Shown here piece after piece: positions 1 through 11,681 of a DNA stretch of 64,000 nucleotides (position 1 is the stretch's first letter; each line of letters starts with the position of its first letter). The notes under the pieces were generated by a model. The model made no database searches. It saw nothing but the letters and a program-made list of their open reading frames with translations, and was not told where the DNA came from. The stretch covers positions 31,932,001-31,996,000 of the forward strand of contig NC_087245.1 of the NCBI RefSeq assembly GCF_037042905.1. Direction: 5' to 3'. The stretch is from Lytechinus pictus (lineage: Eukaryota). Position numbers and translations under genes: made by a program.

Positions 1-401
1 GATGGGCGAGACCTATTGTATTTGCTTTTTTGACAAACGGATGAGGGATCTACGAGAGATCGGTCTGGTAAGAAACCTTCCATTTTTCGCCTTTTCATTA
101 ACCAATTTTGGAAACTTTCATACCCATTAGGTGTATGAAGGTGTAAAAAAAATAAAATCAAAATCATTTACGTGATATTTATCTTAAAAGATGGATTTCC
201 TCTGTTCCTAGGGAAATCCATCTTTGTTTACAAGTGTCTCTTTAAATGGCAGGCGGTTCAAAAGACTCCATGATGAAGAAGTATGTCAAAATATTAAAAA
301 ATTATCATCATGGAGTCCTCAAGACTATCGACTAGGACCTACATTATCTCACTCACTCAGGCACACATGACACATTATCATTAAAATTTACTATATCTCA
401 C

Positions 402-690
402 CTCCATCATCTCTTTGTTTCGCCGGACGGAAACGACAGGCCTGTTGTACACTTCCCCAGACGCCTCCAGGCTAAGTCCTCTTCGATTGAGCAAGTTGCC
501 CGTTGACTTGTTGTAGAAACAAAGTGTGGACTCCGAGTTCTTGTCCCGTTCTTGTCCCTTTACTCGTCGCTTTCGCTCGAACTGCTTGGCTGGCTCTGCT
601 GGGCCTGGGACGGCCGCGACGGAGCGAGTGACCACAGACAGTGAACGAATATGGCACGACCACTACCGGTATACGGTAGGCGGTACCGTA
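402..690 (-). other. Possible exon of a divergently oriented (decayed) gene
   Basis: GC-rich, open-frame stretch (ORF 381-635) ending at GAG|gtgaga on the minus strand; no recognisable domain. Confidence 0.25.
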
Positions 691-3315
691 CCAGCTGAAG
701 AAGATGAAACTCTCGTAGTTTTAACTCGTAATTAAAAATGTCAATAATAACGCGTAAGAGAACTTCAGAAGATAGAAACACTTAAACAGTAAAAACGTGA
801 TCCAAAACAAAAACAATGTCGAGAAGAGCTATTTTGGCTTAATCAAGGCCAAGGACAAGGTTATCGAGAGCGGTTTGTAATCAGCAGATGCCATGTTGTG
901 AAAGAACAGGTACCGGTCACTGAACTAGAGATACGTATTTTTAGTTCAGTGGTACCGGTATGCGTTCGAGATCCGTGGCAGCGCTGCATGCACTGCATGC
1001 ATGTACGTGCAGCGATGTGCAGCATGCGTGACACATCCCCTATTGTTAGCGCGAGCAGGGCTATTATTCTATTGGTCTAAAAAACTTTAATCTCCATTCG
1101 ATTCCCTGACTCTGCTTTCGTTTTGCAATTGCAACGCTACTAGCTAGGGTTACAGCTATTCTACGAACCGAGACCCTAAAATAATTATGTCAAATTATTT
1201 CTGATATCGCAAAAAATATATAGGCCTACGACATATACATATATCGATATTGCTTTGCTAATAAGTATCCAATGAGCTAGTATATCAAACTAAATCATAA
1301 TGTGAAAAATGAATTAATATGATATTAACTATATAGTCTACAAGTTTCTTTAAGAGGGGGTAACAGTTATAGGCTATCGGCCTGCTAGCATGGTGCGCCA
1401 GAAGAAATTAATATAAGAAATTTCCCTTTAGAAAATCATGATATACTCATCTAGCTAAGACCTGCATATGGCGTGTTCAAAATTTTGGGGAAAATTTTGC
1501 TTTTACCGTTAGGCGCGATCGATCACCTTTCTAGTTGTTGCATATGTACGGTATAGCATCATAAAGATGATACGTACATCTATGATCTGTATACATTCTT
1601 TTTATTTGAATGTCCAGCTAACTTGTGGTCATTCTGCCTACTTTTCCCAGTAACATTTTGTTCTACCTTAATACATGCATGACGCATCTCATGTTTTGTG
1701 GATGATTTGGAATAATCGCTTGTGCTCGAGTATAAATGCGTCTGTGTATACAGACTATCATACTATTGTCAATGAGCCCGAATGTGTGCATGATAGATAG
1801 CATATCAATATGACCATGAGCATGGAAGATGAAAAACTGGGCATTATTGACCGTCCTTTAAAAAAAATGGCCCTGGTAAAAAAGGTTGGTTCAAAAGAGT
1901 AAATCCATGGTCTTGTGATGATTAAGGATGATATCTATTTCATCTGACATTAACGTTTTATCAATTTTGATTGTTATTAAAACAAACCTGTGCCACTATT
2001 ACTTTAGTCATGCAAATTACATGACATTGTCTTCCATATTTTTCCTTTATTCCTTACAATCGAATGGATAAAAACCAGGGAGTTGGGAGTAGATGAGCTG
2101 CTATAAGCTAGCCTATACTTTAAAATTTAAATTGTTAACTCGTCCTTCTACATTCAGATCTTTGCTTATGGGTGTCGATCCCGGGGGGAGGGGGTATTAT
2201 ACCCCCCCCCCGGCCCCCCGGCGTTGTATATTAAAGCGTAGTACTTGTAGTCTTATAAGGATTGCAACCTCTACTGGCGTGTGTGATGTTGGGCTATAGG
2301 GACCATGGAAGAAAAGGGGTGAATTTGATAAATATAGGCCCTATGTTTGTTTATGTCAAAACTTGTTACAAAATTGAATTCCGATTAAAAATTTCAAAAT
2401 GTTTGCTCGCTCGCTTCGCCTTCTCATTGTTTTCTAAAAATAGATTTTGCCAAATATGTTATGTCTGGACCGCGCAAAATTTACGCATCCCCCCCCCCCT
2501 CAAACTAACAAAAAATCCCTCACAGAGAACAAAAGTTTGGTCCGTCATCCCATTGCCAGAAGCAGTGGGGGGGTTACTACCTCCCTAAAAAAATGAATAG
2601 GGCCTACCGAAAATGTTTTACTTTGGAAATTGGAAATTGTAACAAAATCAATCATAATAATTGTGCACAAAATCCTTCGATTTCATTTAGACAATGCCAA
2701 AGCGCCCCATGGCATGGACCTATCCACGGAGGATTATAGATCTATACTCCCCAGCCTCCCCCCCCCCCCGCTTCCGCGGCCCCTGTTGGTAGCTCTTGCA
2801 TAGCAGGTCTACTTTACGTTATTCAGATGAGACGTGGAGAAATTATATTGCTTGCAAAAAAAACGCCCCTCACAGGTTATTTATCGGCCTAAATCATATT
2901 AGAGAAAATTGAAAAAATATTAGCCATCGAAAAAATTAGGAAAGGCCTCAACTCTAATCACCAAAATACGGGAAGAGATATATAGGCCTACCCTGTGTGG
3001 TATTATAGGACACGAATATGTGACGATTCAAATTAACAATTGCTATCAGCTATGTCATGTTCAGCATGTTCAGTCAAAATTAACGCCACATATGGAATGA
3101 GTATTCTTACACGCCCCTTTTCTCTGAAAATTAATATGGGTTTTTCTGTACCTTTTTCGTATCAATAGACAAATCATTTTTTTAGATTGTTCTTTGGGCC
3201 TGATAGCGCCATCATAAAATGATGAAAAGTGTCCCTGACTGACACATACACACCCGATCACGAAAAGAAAACAAAAATAAGTTAGAAATGAAAATGAAAG
3301 TCATGTATTTTATAT

Positions 3316-4635
3316 CAACTGCGTAGACAGGATTTAATTTTGGAGGGGTGGTAAGTGCACGCGAAGCGTGCCAACACTTACAGAGCGCGCGAAGCGCACT
3401 CTCGAAGGAAAGGGTGTAGGGAAGTTCTTGATAGTTCATTAATTTAATATGAAAAGAAGACGTCTCTTGCATCTCTAGTATCCTTATCAACTCGCCCCAC
3501 TTGCTGTGATTAAAACAAATGTATTTGAAAGAAATTACGAGCGTCCCCAAAATGGGAAAAGATTTTTAAAACCGTTGAATGAAATAATACCGCACGAAGC
3601 GCGGAAGCTAAAACGTTTTATAAAATTGAGAACAGAAGTGGCATAAAATGCCTCCCTTGGTCGCATCATATTTGATGATAAAAACTTTAGCAACAGTAGA
3701 TGTCTTTAGATCACAAAACATAGTAGAAGACGGGTATGCAAGGAGGAAATATTCCTTCCCGCGAATGGTTTTGAAGCTCTGAATTGAAACTTTAACCTGC
3801 TCTAATTTTGATATTTCTTAGATTATAAATGGATAACGATGAAAAAGGAAGCTCAAAATGTGAAAGGGCCCAGTGATGCAAGCCAGACTATGAGAGGGAC
3901 TTTTCATTTCCCTTCCACGTGAAATACGGTAATATCTGTGATTTATTTCGGGAGAAAAAAGTGTAATTTCGCTCATTCTTATGAAGCGCTTTATTAATTA
4001 TGATTCAGACAGTTCAGTGATATTCAAAATTTCAAATCAATCGCACAAAACAAGACAGGAGATGGGTGTAACAGCGTACAGAATAAAGTTTCATCGTACA
4101 TATAGCACGGCATGAATTTATAATGCTTCGAGCCCCTTTTGAGCAGATACTTTGCCACAAATTACTCACTGAAAAATGGGAAGATATCATAATAATTATG
4201 GGAACTCTGGGAGTGGCGGGAGTGTTGACCCGCTCCGAACAGAAGAGCCGAAATTTTGTGTCACTGCAATTTAAAAAAGAATCATCATATTTTTTCTCAA
4301 ATTTATGTATACTCTATAATTTATATGGCAAGAATATACAATTCCCCTACATGGGAAGGGGAAAAACCGTATCATATAGTTTGGATAGAGCTCGAAAGCA
4401 AATTTTTTAATGAATTATATAAGAGAGAGAACTGAACGTCTCATTTAGGTTTTTATTCTTTTGACAAAAAAAAAACCTAAAGAGAAAACATTAGGGCTGT
4501 ACCCATCTCCCCTCTCTTCGCCTTTCCTTTTCCTTTCTTCTTCCCTTAATTTCCCCTCTTTTTCTTTTTAGAGCGTTTTTTTATTGGGGGGGGGGGGGTG
4601 ACCGCCCCCATCGCTTCCCCCTGGCTACGCGCCTG
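3316..4635 (+). mobile_element. Non-autonomous hAT-like element (paralogous to 24158-25553)
   Basis: Ends caactgcgtagacagg / ctggctacgcgcctg; imperfect 8-bp flanks ttttatat / ttttatta; internal similarity to the 24158 copy. Confidence 0.7.
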
Positions 4636-4829
4636 TTTTATTATGGTGCTCCTCGTTTGAGGTAAATCTTAAACGGAATTCCTCAAACCTTCACCAATAT
4701 TTTTTTTCGACTACTTTTTACAACAAACTTTTCTTCAGGGAGAACTTTCCCTTCTTTTAAAAAGGTATACACTTTCCAACACACACCCGATCCCATCTAT
4801 TACGGACATGCCCATATACATGTACCTTC

Positions 4830-5775
4830 TTAAGGGATTTAACATATATTTGGATGTGAATAAGAATTGTTTAGAACTAGGTGAGATAGTCGATAGTGAT
4901 AGAGTATTAGAAGAAGAAATAACAAAACAAAGTTGAAGATATTTTCAATCGCCAGTTCTTATTGGATTTACGTAATGATCGAGCAAATGATGTTGAACAA
5001 AATAAATTGAGAACTTAAGTTTTTAAACAGAATATACAAACAGAGAAATATCTATTAACTGTTAAAAATCAGAAAATACGGAAAAACATCTGTCGATTTA
5101 GAATAAGTTCCTATAATTTACCCATTGAAACTGGAAAACATAGACGTCCAGATAAAATACCCTCACATTTAAGAACGTGCAATAATTGTAATTCAGGAAG
5201 GGTTGGGGATGAGTATCACACGATAATAGAATGTAATGTACACACAACTGAAAGGGTGGTATTTTTTGACAAAATAGCTGAAATGTACAGTTTAAGAACC
5301 TTAGCGATGAAGACAAATTTTGATAATGAAAACATAATTGATAATTTGTGTAAGTTCTTCAAAGCGATTATAAATAAGAGGGGTGAGTTTTAACATCAAG
5401 TACATTTTTTCTTTTTAAATTTCATTCAAAATATCTAAAATCCACCAAAGCCACCATTACCAAAGATATATCTCTAACATTATACATTTATTTACTTCCT
5501 GATTTGTATTCGATAATTAGATAACTTATGTATATTGCAATATGCTACACCTTCTTTATGTTAAATTTCAATTCGTCATTTCTCTTTGTATATATAGATG
5601 TATATCTTTATAATAATTGGAAATCTATGTATTGATGTATTGCTGATTTATACGACATACATGTACAGTTATGAATGTTTTTGTTTATGTTATCATTGTA
5701 GGCCGATATATTTTAAAACAAAATATTCATGCCATATGAATGAAGTTTGTTAATAAATTCAAATTCAAAATTCAT
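4830..5775 (+). mobile_element. 5'-truncated non-LTR retrotransposon 3' end (RTE-X-like)
   Basis: Degenerate translation FKQNIQTEKYL..RKNICRFRISSYNLPIETG..RTCNNCNSGRVGDEYHTIIEC (C-terminal CCHC knuckle); ends aataaattcaaattcaaa. Confidence 0.75.
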
Positions 5776-5879
5776 GTACGGAACCGTACATCATGTATAA
5801 TTATAGGTCCATGATCATACCATGGAGGTAGACCAGAAACATAACATAACAAAAGTGTCAAACAATACACTGTAAACGC

Positions 5880-6206
5880 ACCCTCACACACACAGTGGAC
5901 CTATATGTTCAGCACACACACACACACACTGGACGACGGCGCCCCTGTCCAGCCTATCTATACCCTATGCCCACGGCCACGGCCACACGATCGATAGTAC
6001 GCGTGCAAGAAGCTTGATTTCGCAATCAATCGCACGTGTGTTTTGTTTGTACACAAAGCTGACGCTGGGCACGTGTGTAATTGTATCACACTGCGCTGCT
6101 TAATAATTGCATCCCGAAATCTAAACTGTTCACTCGTAAATCTAAGTACTTTTCATTCAGCACACATTTGCAATGTGGACTAAATTTAAACGAAGAAAAA
6201 TATACG
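5880..6206 (+). promoter_or_regulatory. CpG-rich putative promoter/5' UTR of the transposase-like gene
   Basis: Locally CpG-rich, with two CACGTG E-boxes (~6033, ~6070) just upstream of ATG 6207. Confidence 0.3.
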
Positions 6207-6444
6207 ATGGCGACGAAGCGCGACATCTTTTCGAAGCTCTCTATTTTACAGAAGAGGAAAATGCTGCAACAAGTGAAGAGGCCACCAGTTTACGGGCCGG
6301 AGTACGGCTTAGGCGGGGACGACTCCCAGGCCAGGCACAGTCTGATTATTGAGTCGAGTTTTGGCGATTTGACATCAGCTACGGGTTTGAAGATTGCAAC
6401 AAGCAACGACGTTGTTCGAGCAGATCCCGTTGGCGAAGAGAGAG
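6207..6444 (+). pseudogene. Putative first coding exon of the transposase-like gene (MATKRDIFSKL...VGEER)
   Basis: ATG at 6207 after a CpG-rich leader; 79 open codons, then G|gtaagg donor (phase 1). Confidence 0.55.
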
Positions 6445-7014
6445 GTAAGGCGCGCCTATTATTATTAAAGGCTAAGCCTAAGCCTTCGCCTAAGCCTAAT
6501 TAAGTTACTTAACCTAGCCTAAGCCTTAGCTTAGCCTTTAATATAGGCTTTATTTTTAGTTTATTTAGTACTACTTTACTGGGGATATACTACTAGACTA
6601 AACTAAAGTCTAGACCTTCTTTAGGCTATCCTCGAGTCTTGTCTAGGCTACATGCATGCGTCATTGTAATTTGTACATGTATGAATTGTAGCATAGAGCA
6701 ATTGCTTTGGTCTCTGTTAAATTGGTTGTTCCGCCACCAAAGACTTTAGTGTTGGCTCGATCCACCTACCAATTACAGAGAAATTAAAAAAAATATTTAG
6801 TAACTCCTTGAGACAGACGGCACCCAGCTGTCTCGATCTACAATGTAGATGTAGCATGACTAGACCAAAAGATTTCGGTCTCTGTTATGTTGGTTGTTCC
6901 GCTGAACTCCGTTGGCTCCACTCACCAAATACAGTCAGAGACCGAAGTTGTAGGTCGATATGTACAGCCTACAGGGACTCAATGGCCATATGTTTATGTA
7001 TTAAGTTCAGCTAG

Positions 7015-8907
7015 ATCCCAACCTGGAAAGTGGGAGTTGCGCGACAGCCGAAGTAAGTCACTGTTATCCCCCCTTTTAAGTTTCTTTTTCCGGTTTTGGT
7101 GCATTTCAGACCAAAATGGAATAATAATCTTTATTTTGGTACAGTTCATTTTATATATTTTTATGAAATAAAGACAAAAATCAATGAGCCCCATCGGGGG
7201 AATTTTGCATTGTTAACCCCCTAATGGTGGTTGCACGATAGCGAGCCGTCTGTGTACGAGGAGAAATAAGATGAAAATAAAATTGTTAAAAAACTCCTCG
7301 AAACAGACGGCTGCCAGCTGTCTATAGCATGACTAGCTTATCTTCTCTCGTTCTTAGAAACAAATGCTTGATAATAACACTAAAAAATCGATAGATAAAT
7401 CTGAAGTGAACAAACGAGAAGTCTAAATACTTGTTATTTTTGGTGTAGGGTGCATAGGGAACTCTTTCAATTTTTTATTTCAAAAGTGATATTTTAAAGA
7501 ATGAAAAAAATTGTCATGCAATTGATCTACATAGGATTTGAACAGAGAGAGGGCCTAAACTATACTGATTAAAAATTTCATCAAGGTTGGACGAGGAATA
7601 ACAAAAATTGTGATATAATATTATCAAGCTTTTCAGTATATTTTCATTTTTATAAACGGAGTTTTATACCGGTGAAACAGTTTTAGGCCTAGAGGGATCT
7701 ATTTACTCTATGTTTTAATTCTATGACTATGTGTGTCGTAATGAATAAAATAGATTTGTGCAATGGAAAAGTCAAGCAATCAATGTAAAATTAGCAAATT
7801 TATCAAATAACATTCAAACAATTTTTTTAGATTATATCCGACCTTTACACCACAACCATTTTTGGGGCATGTAATCTAATAATGATATGAAATGGGGTCT
7901 AAAGACATTCCCATTTGGGGAGATAAACCAAGCTGAAGATAAGCTTTACATGCTTTTCCTTTGTTTATCATATTTTAAAAGTTACACATTACATGTACAG
8001 GTTTTAATTACCTACCACATGCATGCAAAAGTGACTACATGGTTAGAATAACATTTACTACATCCCAGGTAAATGAGGTCATTATCGCCCTATATTAACT
8101 GGAATGAACCTATATAGCCTGAATATTTGCATACTTTTATAAAATATACAGGTAAGCATAGTATTAAAAGAAAGAAGGTTAGCCTAGGTCCTACCTACAT
8201 TGTATGATGTAATTATCATTCTAATTTTCCTTTCTTAAGTCTGGATTTTTTTAATCTTTTGCCAGGTGGAACTTGAAGTGTTCAGTGAAAGCAGTGTTGT
8301 TCAAAGAGAGAAGGTACATCCATGTACACTACGAGATGAACTCCAAGCAAGTGAAGTTGAGCTTCAAGCAGGTATATTGAATATGTTTTGAGTAATGTTT
8401 ACAAATTCATATTCATATAAGATTGCCTCATGAAATGTGGCATCAAGGGCAAGCAAACTCAAACAAAAATTGATTTTAAAAAGATGGGGGGGGGGTGATA
8501 TTAGGTAGGCCTAATGTTGACATGTTGGAGATATTATTGTTTTTATGGAAGCAATTCAATTGTTTTTATAAGGACTTAAGTGAAGTTGAAGGATTTAGAT
8601 GATTTCTTTTCTCCTTTAAGCTTTTATTAAACAAAAGGTGCTGATGCAATTATTTGCATATTCTAGAGCCCTCTCTGATTTATTTTCTTTATGATGTTCC
8701 ACCTCTTTAAAATTCTGCTAACATTTATTGTTGGACTTATCTCTAAATGAATGATGGGTGAAAGGTTTGATCTAAAATGATTGAATTTGTTGTTTTATTT
8801 TTTGTTCTTTAAACATGCCTACAGGTGGCTACTCCACAGAAGTAGATTTCCCTTTCAGAAAGTCAGATTGTTAGATTTCTGAAGTCGATATAACTTTAAT
8901 TCACCAG
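7015..8907 (+). pseudogene. Three small N-terminal exons (7015-7052, 8266-8371, 8825-8907)
   Basis: Acceptor/donor pairs ctag|..|gtaagt, ccag|..|gtatat and acag|..|gtgagt. Phases chain 1-0, 0-1, 1-0 from exon 1. One in-frame TAG in the third exon. Confidence 0.45.
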
Positions 8908-9102
8908 GTGAGTCTTTAAAAACTTTGTCTTGAAGATCGATACAAAGTACATTTGCGTATACATGCAGTCTATAGTTTGCATAATATATGTGTATGAATT
9001 GATATCTCATTTTGGGAGCCTGCCAATTTCCTGAAGACTCTTGTAAACATGAGTTTCTCCCATTGGTACCCACCACTAGCTTCAGGGAAAAGCAGGGAAA
9101 AA

Positions 9103-10012
9103 ATTAGTTCATATTTTATCTTTCGCCGGATTTTTTTTGAAAAAATTAAAAATTATATATTTAAAGGAAAGGTTATTGTATAAGGATTCAGAATAACAAT
9201 ATTTCCATTTGCACTGTGACCTATATGGCCGTCATCTAGGATTTTTCAAAATGGCCGCCAAAAACAAAGTTTTCAACTATATCTCAGCTTCTGAGTAACC
9301 TAGAATCATGATTTTGACACCAAATTCACCTTTTATGAGGTCAAGAAATCTATTCGTATAAAAATAATCAACTTTATTCAAGAAAGAAAATCATTTTCAT
9401 GATATTTTCTGTCTTTTTCTACGTATTTCCAGACTAGAATTCACATTAAAGTCCAAATTAAAAACAAACACTTCACATTGGTTAAGATTTCAAGTTGATA
9501 TCCTGGCCGACAAGGCCAAAGTTCATTTACCCTAAGTGACCTATGACCTAATCATGTGACCTAACACTCGATAAATGATTAGTATTACACACTGGTTTAT
9601 CATTTCCCTTACTGAAGGTATGTTCAGATCACTTAATTTGCAACACTTCATTTGGCTTTTAATGGGAGTTTGAGTCTGGAAATACGTAGAAAAAGACAAG
9701 AAATAAAAAAAAGAATTTTTTTTTTTGAATGAAATTGATTATTTTTATAGGCCTACCATGGATTCCTTGACCTATTAAAGAAACTGTGGTTTCGGTGCCG
9801 AAATCATGATTCTATTTTATTTAGAAGCTGCGATATTGTTGAAAACACAGTTTTTGGTGGCCATTTTCTAAAAAACCAAGATGGCGGCCATATAGGTATC
9901 GGTGCAAATGGAAACATTGCTATTCTGATTCCTTATACAATAACCTGTCCAAAAATGTATAATTTTCATTTCCTAAAAAAAATTGGTCAAAATTGCATAG
10001 TGAAACTGACTA
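9103..10012. mobile_element. Foldback MITE with long TIRs
   Basis: Left arm ggttattgtataaggattcagaataacaatatttccatttgcac mirrors right arm gtgcaaatggaaacattgctattctgattccttatacaataacc; symmetry extends for several hundred bp. Confidence 0.8.
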
Positions 10013-11070
10013 TATACAGTAAAAAAAATGCAACTTGGGAATTTGAAACTGTGCTCCTTGCTATCCTCTAGGCTTGTTCATGTGTGGAGTGTGGAGTTTG
10101 GATGATTTTTGAATGACAAGGAGAACTCAGATTAGGTACTAGGGGGCCGCTGAGTTTTCATCGCTCAGCAATAACTTTTGGGGCGACTTCCAGATTTTAT
10201 GTCACCCCTGAAAGCATGATTTTAGGTGATTATGAGGGTGACTTAAAGCATTTCCCGGGTGAATTGGCCGCCGCCCCCGTGTATTTTTTCCCTGGGCCAG
10301 TGAATTGGTCTTCTTATTTTGGATATAGAAGTACAGTATTATTTAGAAGGGAAAAAATATTGACGCTTGTATTAACTGTTGATATTATTATTGAGACTAA
10401 GTGTTTTATAGCATTTGATTTTTTTATAGATAAAAATTTTGCCGGTGCAGGAACACCCTTAGCACCACACAGTTGCGTACCGTGGGTCACCAGCAAAAAT
10501 TTTGAGTCACTTTATAATGAGCGCGCTTCGTGTCCTCAGTTGGCAGGTATATTGACCTAATACAGACATTTTAAGGACAGTGCCGTATGTTTCTCACAGA
10601 TCAAATGATGCGAGCGCGAAGCGCGAGCTGAAAATTTTTGATATTCAGATCTACAGTAGAAAGGGATATTATAAGCAAATTTTTGTTATGTTACGTACCT
10701 GTCTCACCATATTACGTACATTACGTAGATATCTCACCATATTCATCTAATGCGAGTGCCAAATGCTTGCTGATTTTGTTAGAATTATATCTAAACACAG
10801 GAAGCACTTGTAGTCATTATAACCATGATTAACATACGCTTCTCACTATTGCAAGCGCGAAGCGCGAGCTGAAAATTTAGGAAATTCAGACCTGAAGAGG
10901 GGCATTCTAAGGCTTGTTTGTAGGAATGCACTAAGACCATACGTATTTCACTAATCAAATGATGCGAGTGCGAAGCGCGAGCTGAAAATTTTTGATATTC
11001 AAATCAGAAAAAGGGACATCTTAAGGAATATTTTTAAAGAATCCATTAAGAGTATACATATCTTACCATA

Positions 11071-11306
11071 CTGGCCTTACTTACACTAACTTCCCTTTGT
11101 GTCTGCCTACTCCTTTTTTTTCATCCCCTTCACTAACCTGATTGGTCTTCTCTACTCACTAATGCCCCTTTTGTCTCCTTGTTTCTAGTGTTGCTGTAGC
11201 TTGTTTGTGGTCTATATTATGGTTGTTCCACTTTATATGTTTGTCATTTTGCCTCCGACGAAGATTCTGCTAGGATCGAAAGCTTAGGCCCCTTTTTGAC
11301 TTTCTA
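11071..11306 (+). mobile_element. Penelope-like LTR fragment with 13-bp TSD
   Basis: Flanked by atatcttaccata (11058-11070 and 11307-11319); hammerhead motif near the 3' end. Confidence 0.75.
11251..11289 (+). ncRNA. Minimal type I hammerhead ribozyme motif (Penelope-type)
   Basis: gcc-t-CCGACGA-a-gattct-gct-aggatc-GAAA-gc-TTA-ggc: variant core CCGANGA, stem II, GAAA, palindromic aagctt stem III, NUH site and gcc/ggc stem I. Confidence 0.65.
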
Positions 11307-11681
11307 ATATCTTACCATAGTCAACTAATGTGAATGCCAAGCACTTGCTGATTTGGTTAGAATTACATCTAAACACATGAAGCACTTTTTGTAGTCATTG
11401 TAATCATGATTATCACATGCATCTCACTAATCAAATATTGCGAGCACGAACAGAAAATAAAGGAAATTCAGACCTGAAGAGGGGCATTCTAAGGCTTGTT
11501 TGTAGGAATTCACTAAGACCATATGTATTTCACTAACTAAATGATGCGAGTGCGAAGCGCGAGCTGAATTTTTTTTATATTCAAATCAGAAAAAGGGACA
11601 TTTTAAGGACTGATTTTAGGAATTCATGAAGAGCAGATATCTCACCAATCCTTTAATGCGAACGTAAGCACGGACAGGAAA

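Noticed and set aside
1..67. Coding exon ending at ctg|gtaag
   Set aside because: Short, no recognisable motif, and the start resembles a repeat terminus.
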